Below are positions 7,307-16,722 of a DNA stretch of 64,000 nt, one piece after another (the first letter of the stretch is position 1; the number at the start of each line of letters is the position of its first letter). The stretch covers positions 87 through 64,086 of the IMG/VR virus record IMGVR_UViG_3300034069_001154; one strand, 5' to 3'. The DNA comes from a virus. A program made the position numbers and the translations under genes. Under the pieces are notes generated by a model, which was not told where the DNA came from, ran no database searches, and saw only the letters and a list, made by a program, of their open reading frames with translations.

Positions 7307-9458
7307 CTCCTAGTTTCTCAAATTCATCATACAGGTTGATAATAGATTTACTGCCGTCATCATACTTTTCCAGGAACTTAACAAACATCCTCTGCACATC
7401 GTTCTTACATATCCTGTCGTTAAATTCTAATCCATCTCGCTTACATTTCCTATAGACCTGCATGATTCTCCTGAGTGATTTTACGAAGTTATAGTAATCG
7501 AACTTAACTTTGAATTTAAATCCTCTTGCATCCGTCACTACAAACCCTTCTATGTCACAATTATCTACACTATATAATGCGATAGTGTCCCACAGTGTAT
7601 CATCATCGTGGATAGTAAATTCATTCGGCGTTCTGATAGATGTATTCTTCTTAACTACCTCTTTGAACCTATCTGAAATTGTTTGATAGTCCGGTTCCAA
7701 GTTTAACTTATTATGTAGGATATCAAGAAGTACTACCTCTTCTTTTTCGTACTTAATAATATGAGGATCTTCTGTTGGGCTAATTACTTCAAATACGGCC
7801 GATGCATTCTCCTTCTTTAGTAAACTCTTAAGGAAGTCGGCATCATGTTTACTTACCGTCTCGCTAAATATCCTTTCAAATCTCTCAGCAAAAGGCCCAC
7901 TATCTGTTGTCTTAGATGCAAATACTACCTGTCCATCTACCACAGACATAATTCCTAAGTATCCATTTTCCTTGACTGCGACTTTAACTGGAAATACAAG
8001 TGATTTTTCTAAGTTTTCCACCCTAGTTTCTTTCTGTTCGCCTAGGTTAAAGAATTTGTCATAAGATCTCATCCTAACTTCACCAGTATTTTTATCTACA
8101 AAAAGTCCCCTTGCCTTGATTGTTGCTAGGTTCCACTTCTTGCCAATAAATGCATTCCTAGTAAAGTTCAGTGAGTACATATTATGCTTACAGCCCTTGA
8201 CATTAACCAGCCTACTATTCATCATCTTACAAACTTCAGGATCATCTACTTTATAGACTGCTTGTTGAAAATTATTTAGCCTCTCTGTGCTGAATACTTT
8301 ATTTTCAAACGATAGTAATTCTCTATCCCCTTCAGTTATAGATAGTACTTTCAGGTTTCCTCCAAATTCAACACTATCTTTTAAACAAATAGAGTGTTCT
8401 GTTGGGTCCGTATTTCTATGTCCATGTACTTGTATGAAATCTTGACATCTCCCTAGTAGGTAATTCTCTTCATAGATCTTATCAACTTCCATATCATATC
8501 CACCTACTCCTTTTATCATATTAATTGTTGGGATAGTGGTTAAGCTAGGAACTGCAGTAAGACCTCCATGTGTAACTAGGTATTTCTGTCCCCTATATAC
8601 AAAAGCGAAACATTGACGTAGCTTGTTGTATATTTCTTTTAGAATCTTTACTACCTGATTTCTTGGGACTGATTTTTCTATTTCTTCTAGTGTTTCTTTA
8701 AAATCACTAGAGGTTATATCCTGTCCATTTATGAGTTTCCATATATGCTTTTCGTGATTACCTTCTAATAGTATTACATTGCTATCTTTATGGTGCCTTA
8801 CTAGAAAATCATACATCTCTTTATTTTCAATTCCCCTATCAAAGTAGTCTCCAACAAATACATACAAGATATCAGGATCCAATGTTTCACCTACTGCCTC
8901 TTTTAGACAAGTATAGCAACCATGAATATCTCCGATTATCTTTACTTCTTTATAGTCTGATACATCCGTGACATAGTAGTTTATTATTTCATCAATACTA
9001 CTTATCTGTTTAAACCGGTTTGATAATTTATTTGTCTGTAATATCTCAAAGGCCCTAATTATTTCAGAATCTGGTACTCGTCTTATTGGGTCACGCAGTA
9101 AGTTTCTCTCTAGGCACTCTTCTAATGTTGCCTCTATGTTGAGTTGGTAGCAGTTATATCTATATTTATCTGCTAGTTCCAAATACTTAGACACTGCCTT
9201 ACTTGTTTTATGGGTTGCATCAATTACTGTAAAATCACCACACGTCATACGAACCTCTAACATCCTGTGCAGTGTATTCCAGACCTCTCTATCAGACCTT
9301 GCACTTATTGACATACTACCATCTTCCGTCATGCTGGGTGAATGGAGCATCAACCTAATCTCGTCTGCAGATAGTGTGTAGTCTGTTAAGTTATTGTTTT
9401 TGATGAAGGTAGATTTTCCACTACCCACACAACCTCTTAAGATCAATAAAGTTCTCAT
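7293..9458 (-). CDS. pnkp: trifunctional polynucleotide kinase / metallophosphatase / RNA ligase (Pnkp-like RNA repair enzyme)
   Basis: P-loop GCVGSGKS; phosphoesterase motifs GDIHG, GDYFDRG, GNHE, HGH; ligase motifs KENGYLG, EGFVV, KVK. Confidence 0.88.
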   Translation of the reverse strand: MRTLLILRGCVGSGKSTFIKNNNLTDYTLSADEIRLMLHSPSMTEDGSMSISARSDREVWNTLHRMLEVRMTCGDFTVIDATHKTSKAVSKYLELADKYRYNCYQLNIEATLEECLERNLLRDPIRRVPDSEIIRAFEILQTNKLSNRFKQISSIDEIINYYVTDVSDYKEVKIIGDIHGCYTCLKEAVGETLDPDILYVFVGDYFDRGIENKEMYDFLVRHHKDSNVILLEGNHEKHIWKLINGQDITSSDFKETLEEIEKSVPRNQVVKILKEIYNKLRQCFAFVYRGQKYLVTHGGLTAVPSLTTIPTINMIKGVGGYDMEVDKIYEENYLLGRCQDFIQVHGHRNTDPTEHSICLKDSVEFGGNLKVLSITEGDRELLSFENKVFSTERLNNFQQAVYKVDDPEVCKMMNSRLVNVKGCKHNMYSLNFTRNAFIGKKWNLATIKARGLFVDKNTGEVRMRSYDKFFNLGEQKETRVENLEKSLVFPVKVAVKENGYLGIMSVVDGQVVFASKTTDSGPFAERFERIFSETVSKHDADFLKSLLKKENASAVFEVISPTEDPHIIKYEKEEVVLLDILHNKLNLEPDYQTISDRFKEVVKKNTSIRTPNEFTIHDDDTLWDTIALYSVDNCDIEGFVVTDARGFKFKVKFDYYNFVKSLRRIMQVYRKCKRDGLEFNDRICKNDVQRMFVKFLEKYDDGSKSIINLYDEFEKLGDDEQ

Positions 9459-9473
9459 ATTTTAATTTTGTTT

Positions 9474-9911
9474 TTAAATTTCATGATCATATCCATACTC
9501 ACGACTTCCTAAGGTACTTTCATCAATTGCCAGTCCCTTGTCAATAAGTCCTCGTGTATCAAAGAATCTACTACACAGCCAATCATGTTTTTCTTGACTA
9601 TCCATTTGTAGTATATCATCTCTTGTTGCTGTCTTGTCACCACTGTACTCCCTATAGTCAATCAAGTCACGTTCTTCTATGTCTTCCAGCTTTTTGAGAA
9701 TAGGTCGTACATGCTCAATACTCACATACTCATCATCCCCAAGAAATCCACACATTGCCAGAACATCTTTTGCTTGATTTGTGTGATTATAGATCGGTTG
9801 TACATAGACTCTGGTTAATGTATACCTAATTTCACTAACTTCTACCTTGAGTCCGAAACACAATCTACTAGTTATATCTCGGACTAGTTCTATTTTTTCT
9901 TTTTCGTTCAT
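9474..9911 (-). CDS. hypothetical protein
   Basis: 145 aa ORF in the minus-strand operon. Confidence 0.7.
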   Translation of the reverse strand: MNEKEKIELVRDITSRLCFGLKVEVSEIRYTLTRVYVQPIYNHTNQAKDVLAMCGFLGDDEYVSIEHVRPILKKLEDIEERDLIDYREYSGDKTATRDDILQMDSQEKHDWLCSRFFDTRGLIDKGLAIDESTLGSREYGYDHEI

Positions 9912-10350
9912 ACTTACAAATTGCTTCTATTATATTTTTTCTAACATTAGCTCTATACGCTTGATATCCGCCTGTATAGTCGATTATGTAATTACTAGAA
10001 CACCATACTATATCGAGCTTAGTCTGTTTCTGTTCTGTTAGTTCTTCCCAGTCAAACTCGTAATGTAGCAAATAGGCGGTCGGGTAGTCTGTATTAGCTG
10101 ATTCATCTTGTACTGAGAATAAGAAATCGTTATCGTTCAGGTTAAAAATACAACCACTAGTACATACCCACTCATCGGGCCCTGCAATAATGTGTAAGTA
10201 GCCTGATTTTACTGCTTTTTTGCCGTTGATAATTTCTGCCCTAACCGTATACCAGGCTGAGAGGTTTGGATCTGCATTATCACCCACTAATCTACAGGCT
10301 GAAAAACTAGATTCACCGTCTCTTGTTATCTTAAGAACTATACTGCTCAT
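9868..10350 (-). CDS. hypothetical protein, paralog family 1
   Basis: Tandem duplicate of 10357-10827 (LKITR..ESSFS.CR, KSGYL, YLLHYEFDW, LD.VWCSS). Confidence 0.8.
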   Translation of the reverse strand: MSSIVLKITRDGESSFSACRLVGDNADPNLSAWYTVRAEIINGKKAVKSGYLHIIAGPDEWVCTSGCIFNLNDNDFLFSVQDESANTDYPTAYLLHYEFDWEELTEQKQTKLDIVWCSSNYIIDYTGGYQAYRANVRKNIIEAICKYERKRKNRTSPRYN

Positions 10351-10356
10351 TGCTCA

Positions 10357-10827
10357 CTAAGTTCTATTTTTTCTTTTTTCTTCATACTTACAAATTGTTT
10401 TTACTATATCATTAATTAACCTACTTTTATACTTCTCATAACCACTAGTATAATCTATCAGGTAACTACTAGAACACCATACTACATCAAGTTCTGTCTG
10501 TTTCTGTCCCTGTAATTTTCTCCAATCAAACTCATAATGTAGCAAGTAGATAGTTGGATATTCATGGTTAACATATTCACAGTTTACCGATAAGAAGACA
10601 TTACTATCGTTCATGCCAAATATACAATCACTAGTACATACCCACTTATCAGGTCTTGCGATAATATATAGATAGCCTGACTTAACCGACTTTCCTCCAT
10701 CTATTCTCTCTGCATTAACTGTATTCCAACTAGATAAGAAGTCTAGATTAGCACCACTTCCAGCTTTCCGACATACTGAAAAACTAGATTCACTGTTTCT
10801 TGTTATCTTAAGAACTATGTTTTTCAT
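10357..10827 (-). CDS. hypothetical protein, paralog family 1
   Basis: Closely similar to 9868-10350 at protein and DNA level. Confidence 0.8.
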   Translation of the reverse strand: MKNIVLKITRNSESSFSVCRKAGSGANLDFLSSWNTVNAERIDGGKSVKSGYLYIIARPDKWVCTSDCIFGMNDSNVFLSVNCEYVNHEYPTIYLLHYEFDWRKLQGQKQTELDVVWCSSSYLIDYTSGYEKYKSRLINDIVKTICKYEEKRKNRT

Positions 10828-11257
10828 CCTCTACTATCCTTGTTGCAGTTTTTAACAGTTCGTCAATCTCTTCCTTTAGTTTACCCCTACCTGTTTCTTC
10901 ATACTTACTAAAACTCCAGACCACTCTTAGTTCTGTTGGTCTATTATTTACGTAGTCTTGTCGGTTGAATTTATAGTAGAGCAAGTAGAGGCTATATCTA
11001 GTACTACCTCTGGCTATTTTTATAATATTAGCCTTAAGATTTTCGTAGAAGAAATAATCTAGGTCTTCTATTCTACCACCAAACAAATAACGTGTTCTAT
11101 TTTCTGTGACTACTAGGTATCCAGACATATAATCTTTGTCACCTAGCCTTGTATAAACCATGCCTGGCCTATAGTGTTCACTGTCTCCTATTACTCTATT
11201 CTTTTCGAGATAGAACTTACCTCCTATTTCTTTCGTTATATCAAATTCTACTAGCAT
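10808..11257 (-). CDS. hypothetical protein, paralog family 1
   Basis: SGYLVV..YLLYYKF..ELRVVWSFSKY. Confidence 0.75.
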   Translation of the reverse strand: MLVEFDITKEIGGKFYLEKNRVIGDSEHYRPGMVYTRLGDKDYMSGYLVVTENRTRYLFGGRIEDLDYFFYENLKANIIKIARGSTRYSLYLLYYKFNRQDYVNNRPTELRVVWSFSKYEETGRGKLKEEIDELLKTATRIVEDEKHSS

Positions 11258-11705
11258 TATATTTTCTTGCTTTATAGTTTTTTACTGCTTGTCGTATATT
11301 ATCCCACAGGCCATCTAGTATATTTTTGTAGATATTTTCACCAACTCCTTTCTCACGGTACTTACTAAAACACTATATAACATCTAAGGTAACTGTATCT
11401 GGACCACCAATTTTGAAGTCGTAGTATAATAGATACCAAGTACTTTTTATAGGTGAGCTGTCAATAGTAGAATATAATCTAGCCATTACTACTTTTTCAT
11501 ATCTAAGTTTATTGCCTATATACATCGCACCTCTATCAGAATCTTCAAAGTAGGCCGTTATATATCCAGGCTCACAAAATTTCCCGTTAGTGTCTATAAA
11601 AACATACCTACCTCCAGTATTAGGTAACCTTGTTGGAAGTTTTGTAAGGAAGAATTTATCGTTGCCCACTCTTGTAATCTCAAACATTATCTTCTTCTTG
11701 TCCAT
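11241..11705 (-). pseudogene. family 1 paralog interrupted by an in-frame TAG at the conserved Trp
   Basis: Reads TLDVI-TAG-CFSKYREKGVG (stop at 11373-11375) where the neighbour has ELRVV-W-SFSKYEETGRG; frame stays open to TGA at 11241-11243, giving 154 aa. Confidence 0.75.
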
Positions 11706-12096
11706 CTTTGAAAATAGTCTTATATAGTTTATTATAGTAGGCCTCTAAATCTTTAGGTGTCTTACTATTCTTTATCTTACTACAACCCCAAACAAGTTCA
11801 AGTTTACTATCAAAGTAATTACCTGTCTTATACATCAATACAGTTCTACCTTGTACTTCTTGAAATTCTATCATAAGACTTGTGAAGAAATCCTTAGTAA
11901 CTCCTTTCTGTGCTGTCCTCCTGATTGGTCTTACCTTACCATCCTTTAGGTCAACTGATAGGATAATAATACCGGGCTCTAAAAATTTCCTAGTCTTTGT
12001 GTGTACTACTACTCTTACCGAATCACTATTACTAATACAATAATGTCTCAAATAGTAATCATCTTTTTCTTTTTCTATTATTGCTTTTATCCACAT
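11680..12096 (-). CDS. hypothetical protein, paralog family 1 (divergent)
   Basis: EPGIII..VLMY..KLELVWG; first gene after a promoter motif. Confidence 0.7.
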   Translation of the reverse strand: MWIKAIIEKEKDDYYLRHYCISNSDSVRVVVHTKTRKFLEPGIIILSVDLKDGKVRPIRRTAQKGVTKDFFTSLMIEFQEVQGRTVLMYKTGNYFDSKLELVWGCSKIKNSKTPKDLEAYYNKLYKTIFKDGQEEDNV

Positions 12097-12140
12097 ACTT
12101 ACAATTAAGGGGTCTAGGTCACTTCAATACCTTACTAGTG
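12094..12140. promoter_or_regulatory. divergent phage promoter pair
   Basis: Minus strand CCTAGACCCCTTAATTGT and plus strand TTCAATACCTTACTAGTG back to back. Confidence 0.55.
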
Positions 12141-12159
12141 AAGATTAAATAATAAAAAC

Positions 12160-12645
12160 ATGGATAATTATTTCAGGTATCTAAAAGAATTATTAAAAGA
12201 AACCGGATCGAATACTTTTAGCGATCTGGTAGAAGATAATCAGACATACTTAGCTGACTTGAGTGGAACTATTTACTGGTCGACTGGTGATAAAGGTTAT
12301 GAATATTATCAGACTACCAATATCTTAGATAGTGAATCTTTCTTAGAGAGTGGCGGCATGTATTTCTGTGAGCTATCTAGTAAGTCTGTTAGTAGTGAGG
12401 AATATTCAATCTACACTGCTACAATAACACTTCATACATTAGTCGGCGAGGTGAGTCTTATGGCAGAGGCAGAAGATAAGGTAGGTGCTGATAGGTTTGC
12501 AAAAGAACTGGCAGAGCTTAGTAGGTCTTATATAGTTGAGTCTAGTAAGTTTAGTGCGAGGGATTGGAAAACATATCTCTACAATAATTTTGGTGGTTCA
12601 AGTTTAATTGATAATAGTATAGATGATGGAGAAATTGAATATTAA
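12160..12645 (+). CDS. hypothetical protein
   Basis: 161 aa ORF overlapping the start of the AAA+ protease gene. Confidence 0.7.
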   Translation: MDNYFRYLKELLKETGSNTFSDLVEDNQTYLADLSGTIYWSTGDKGYEYYQTTNILDSESFLESGGMYFCELSSKSVSSEEYSIYTATITLHTLVGEVSLMAEAEDKVGADRFAKELAELSRSYIVESSKFSARDWKTYLYNNFGGSSLIDNSIDDGEIEY

Positions 12646-14731
12646 TAGAGTACCAAGTAAGAGAAAGGATAGAATTAAACTCCTAGATTCAGCACTTGTA
12701 CAACTTAAGCGTGAATTTGTAGGTCTTGATGATATAATTGATCAACTTGGTGCTAGTGTGTATGCTTGGTATGTGACGCCAGAGATTATTACTAGACCGA
12801 CCATTGTATCTATCTGGGGTATGACAGGTACTGGTAAGACAAGTGTAGTTAAGAGATTAATTAGCTTGTTGAACTTGGATGACGTAAGAATTTCATTTGA
12901 TTGTGGTGAGTGTAGAGATAATAATAAATCTATCAGCACGGACATTATGGATACTTTTGGTAAGTCTGAAGAGTCTGATAGTGGTGATAGATTTTCCGGC
13001 AGTAATAGTCTTGTATTTATGTTTGATGAATTTCAGTATGCAAGAACTATTAATGAGTCTGGTGAAGAAGATGTAGCACCAAGTCTTCGCCCTATCTGGT
13101 CAATCTTGGATAGTGGTATTATAGATATCAATGATTATAACTATGATTTCAGTAGCTTATGTGATTTTATAGATGAACTAGTTGATACATCTAAGTCATT
13201 ACCGCATATTATAATCAAGGATAATCATATTGAATCTCCTGATGATGTATCTGCATTTCTAAATATTATGTTCTTTCACTATGATATGGGACCTTCTATT
13301 AAGACGGACAATACAGAAGATCAGAATAAGCCACTTGAAGTATTGACTAGTAGATATCTTAGAACAATTATTAGGAGGCTTAACAATAAGAGTGATGCAT
13401 TGGGTAGTAGGGTAGCAAAAGAATTATTATCAGGTGAGTATACAATAGGCCAACTAGCGGAGAGACTTGAGGATATTAAGAAACTTGCAGCCTCTTCTCG
13501 TAAACTTGATTGTAGTAAGTCGCTTGTATTTATCTTAGGTAACTTAGATGAGGCATACAAGGACAGTTCTGATATAAGCCCAGATATTGATGCAGACTTA
13601 TTCTATGATATTACTAGTAGGGTGACAACAACTGACATCAAAGAAGCGCTTAAGGAGAGATATAGGCCTGAACAGATTGGAAGACTTGGTAATAATATAA
13701 TCAAGTATCCAACATTGAGTAAGGATAGTTTTAAGAAGATTATTGACTTAGAGATAGGAAGGATCTTAGACAGATTTTCAGAGGTAGATAAGATAAAGGT
13801 AGTATTCGAGCAGAGTATGAAAGACCTCCTGTATTCCGAGTCTGTATATCCGACGCAAGGTGTAAGGCCAGTTCTCAGTAGTATTGACACTCTTATTACA
13901 CCATATCTTTCTAAGGTAGTGGAACATAAAGGCCGTAGTAAGTCAGTTAGTATTGGTGTTGTTGGTGGTGTCAGAGATTTTAGATTACCTAGCGTCGATA
14001 TTAGACTCAAGTTCGATAAGGCAGAGGAAGTAATAGTAGAACAGAAACTAGAACTTGGTAAGGAAAGATGCCCAGAGAATAGAAAGAAGAGATTTATTTG
14101 TGCGGTTCATGAAATTGGCCATGCAGTAATGTACTCTTGGTGTAAGGGCGAAGTACCAGATAATATAGTTAGTGTTTCTACTGATCATGGTGGATTTTGT
14201 AGTACTTATGATAGACGTTTTGCAGGAGAAATAGACTGTAGAAGGGATGTCTTAGATGAGGTCAGAATTTCACTAGGTGGATATCAAGCAGAAAGGGTAA
14301 TCTATAATAACCCTGATATGTGGTTACTTGGTAGCAGTAGTGATATACGGAGCTTGTGGAAAGAGCTTAGTAGTGCTGTTATGGATTGTGGATTTGACTT
14401 ACCACTACCATTGTCGCATAGAGATGTTGAACAGAATGGTAGCATAAGTAATGGTCTTGACTGTAAAGATGTAATGGTAACAAATAAGTCAACAGGTGAT
14501 GGTAGAATCTTGGAGCTCATCAAGGAAGGTATGGATTATGTATGGTCTGTATTGAGTGATGAAAAAGAACTGATCAAGAAAGCAGCAATCAAGTTAGGTG
14601 AGCAAGGCAGTATGAGTGGTCAGGAGTTCTCAGATTTTATAAGGCAGTATGGTAATAAGCTAACACTGGATAAGATGAAAGAGGTCTACAATGAGAGAGA
14701 TCCAGAGTATTATTTTAAGGAGTTAGTATAG
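12623..14731 (+). CDS. AAA+ ATPase fused to an M41 (FtsH-type) zinc metalloprotease domain, no obvious TM segment
   Basis: Walker A GMTGTGKT, Walker B FMFDEF, RPEQIGRLG, GVRP; C-terminal HEIGH, LGGYQAER, GSSSDI. Confidence 0.75.
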   Translation: MMEKLNINRVPSKRKDRIKLLDSALVQLKREFVGLDDIIDQLGASVYAWYVTPEIITRPTIVSIWGMTGTGKTSVVKRLISLLNLDDVRISFDCGECRDNNKSISTDIMDTFGKSEESDSGDRFSGSNSLVFMFDEFQYARTINESGEEDVAPSLRPIWSILDSGIIDINDYNYDFSSLCDFIDELVDTSKSLPHIIIKDNHIESPDDVSAFLNIMFFHYDMGPSIKTDNTEDQNKPLEVLTSRYLRTIIRRLNNKSDALGSRVAKELLSGEYTIGQLAERLEDIKKLAASSRKLDCSKSLVFILGNLDEAYKDSSDISPDIDADLFYDITSRVTTTDIKEALKERYRPEQIGRLGNNIIKYPTLSKDSFKKIIDLEIGRILDRFSEVDKIKVVFEQSMKDLLYSESVYPTQGVRPVLSSIDTLITPYLSKVVEHKGRSKSVSIGVVGGVRDFRLPSVDIRLKFDKAEEVIVEQKLELGKERCPENRKKRFICAVHEIGHAVMYSWCKGEVPDNIVSVSTDHGGFCSTYDRRFAGEIDCRRDVLDEVRISLGGYQAERVIYNNPDMWLLGSSSDIRSLWKELSSAVMDCGFDLPLPLSHRDVEQNGSISNGLDCKDVMVTNKSTGDGRILELIKEGMDYVWSVLSDEKELIKKAAIKLGEQGSMSGQEFSDFIRQYGNKLTLDKMKEVYNERDPEYYFKELV

Positions 14732-14792
14732 AGTATGTTTTTTTTGGGAGAGGGTAGTAATATTCTCTCCCTCTTGTTTCCTTATTAGTAGT

Positions 14793-15536
14793 ATGAAAGA
14801 TTTAACAGAAGAATTAAGAAAAAAACATATTGGAAGAAGAGATCCAATAAGTGATGTAGTTAATACTTTACTAAGAACAGGCTTTCAATGTACTGAACTA
14901 TCCACTCACAAAGGGGACTTATTGTTAACAGTACTACGAGAGAAAGGTATGAGTATTCTAGATTCAAGAATAGTAGTTGAAATCTATACAGACGAGAAAA
15001 AGAAAAACTTAGAGTTGGTAGTCGTTAATAATAATATAATGACTTACAACTTCACTAAGTACTATTATGATGTAACTAACTACTATATGGGGCTAGATGC
15101 AAAAGTCTTACTAGGTCCAGAAGATACGGATCAGTTAAGTAAGATACTGAGTGTAATCTATAATAGTACTAAGTTCTTTGAGTATGAACAAAGATTACTA
15201 GAACTAAGATTTGAGCTATCTATTATGATCGAGAGTACTATTTATCCGATGCTGAAAGAAAATGGGTATAGGATTTATAGGAATAGACAATTTAGTAATT
15301 CTAGAATTGACTTAGGAGTTGTTCCAAAGGTGCGTGTTAAAAACTCTTGCCTTGACTATATCTTTGCTAGACTAAATGGAAATACTCCGTTCATTGGTTT
15401 TGGTGTTCATCCAATAACTGGTAGATTCATAGTGTTGGATGCAAAGGAGAGCAACTTACAGAATTATCATCGGGTAGATCTCAATGAACTATCGAAGGAA
15501 GAATTAACAAAATATATTAAATCAATTATTAAATGA
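14793..15536 (+). CDS. hypothetical protein
   Basis: 247 aa ORF directly after a promoter motif. Confidence 0.7.
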   Translation: MKDLTEELRKKHIGRRDPISDVVNTLLRTGFQCTELSTHKGDLLLTVLREKGMSILDSRIVVEIYTDEKKKNLELVVVNNNIMTYNFTKYYYDVTNYYMGLDAKVLLGPEDTDQLSKILSVIYNSTKFFEYEQRLLELRFELSIMIESTIYPMLKENGYRIYRNRQFSNSRIDLGVVPKVRVKNSCLDYIFARLNGNTPFIGFGVHPITGRFIVLDAKESNLQNYHRVDLNELSKEELTKYIKSIIK

Positions 15537-15540
15537 GATT

Positions 15541-16722
15541 ATGGGAAACCTAAGTATTAAGAAAAAAGAAGAAGCACTTATCAAAGCAGGTAGAACAGTT
15601 GATGATAAGGGCAAAGTAGATGTAACAAGACTTGATGACCAGACTATCAAGAGGTGCAGAGATATCACAAAGGGTATAACTGATTCTGATAGTCTTAAGA
15701 AATTTGGTTCAGATATAGTAAGTACAGGCAGTGATTGTGTTAGTACTTTGCTGGAACTCAATAAGCTAGATAAGGCTGGTGAAGCTGGTAGGTATGTAAA
15801 AGAGCTTATCAGTACAATCAGAAAGAACGAGCTGAAAGATCCAAGTACTATGAAGGGTTGGAGAAAGTTTGTTGCTATGATTCCAGTATTTGGTACACCA
15901 GCGGTATTGTCGGCGGATAAGATCATGGCTAGGTACGAATCAAGTAAGGATGATGTTAACAAGATCATCGCCAAAGTCAAAGAGATGGAGGTAGACTTGG
16001 ATAGTGACATGAATTCTCTAGTCTTAATGGAACAAAGGGCTGAGGAGTTGTGTGAATATTACGGCGTTCATGTAGTCGCACTAGCTGTCTTATATAACGA
16101 CGAGACAGAAAAGCTGCAGAAGATGTTGAGGGAATTTGAGCAAGACCCTTCATCTCACAGTCAATCAGAATTAGATAAGCAGCGTGAGTTCGTCGAAAAA
16201 ATAGACAGACACTCATTCGACTTATTTATGGCCGGACAGAAAACACACAATCTCGACCTTCCTCAGATTAGAATGATGAGGCAGAATAATGAGAGACTGC
16301 GTGAGAATAATGAGGAAATCTATAGGACGATCATACCAAACTGGGAGACATCGATCGCTATTGCCATTATGAATCAGAAACAGAGGGCAGTGCTTGAAAC
16401 TCAGAAGGCGATCAAGGATGTTAATAATGAGCTGACCTTGAATAACGCTAAGATGATGAAGGAAACAACAAGTAAGATCTTAGTGGAGGGAAGTAGAAGT
16501 ATTATTGATGTCGAGACTTACAAGAAGGCAATGAATGATGTATTTACTGCCCTCTCTGACACAACTGAAAAGCTAGCACACATCAAAGAGCAGAGGGATA
16601 ATGACCGTGCTGAAATTGTGAAGGCTAATAAGGAAATGTCAGCGAAGATGTTAGAGCTGAGTAAGAGATCTGAAAACCTCTTGCTTAGTAATACTGAATT
16701 TGTACCAGATGCACTTAAGTAA
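15541..16722 (+). CDS. telA: TelA/KlaA toxic anion resistance family protein
   Basis: Coiled-coil pattern with KFGSDIV, LPQIRMMRQNN, IIPNWETSIAIA, KTQKAI.DV.NEL..NNA.MMK. Confidence 0.75.
   Translation: MGNLSIKKKEEALIKAGRTVDDKGKVDVTRLDDQTIKRCRDITKGITDSDSLKKFGSDIVSTGSDCVSTLLELNKLDKAGEAGRYVKELISTIRKNELKDPSTMKGWRKFVAMIPVFGTPAVLSADKIMARYESSKDDVNKIIAKVKEMEVDLDSDMNSLVLMEQRAEELCEYYGVHVVALAVLYNDETEKLQKMLREFEQDPSSHSQSELDKQREFVEKIDRHSFDLFMAGQKTHNLDLPQIRMMRQNNERLRENNEEIYRTIIPNWETSIAIAIMNQKQRAVLETQKAIKDVNNELTLNNAKMMKETTSKILVEGSRSIIDVETYKKAMNDVFTALSDTTEKLAHIKEQRDNDRAEIVKANKEMSAKMLELSKRSENLLLSNTEFVPDALK

Noticed and set aside
12742-16216. Minus-strand ORFs within the AAA+ protease and telA genes (12742, 13321, 13603, 14302, 15522, 15977)
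   Set aside because: Antisense shadows of well-supported plus-strand genes; Ser/Leu/Ile-rich composition typical of such artefacts
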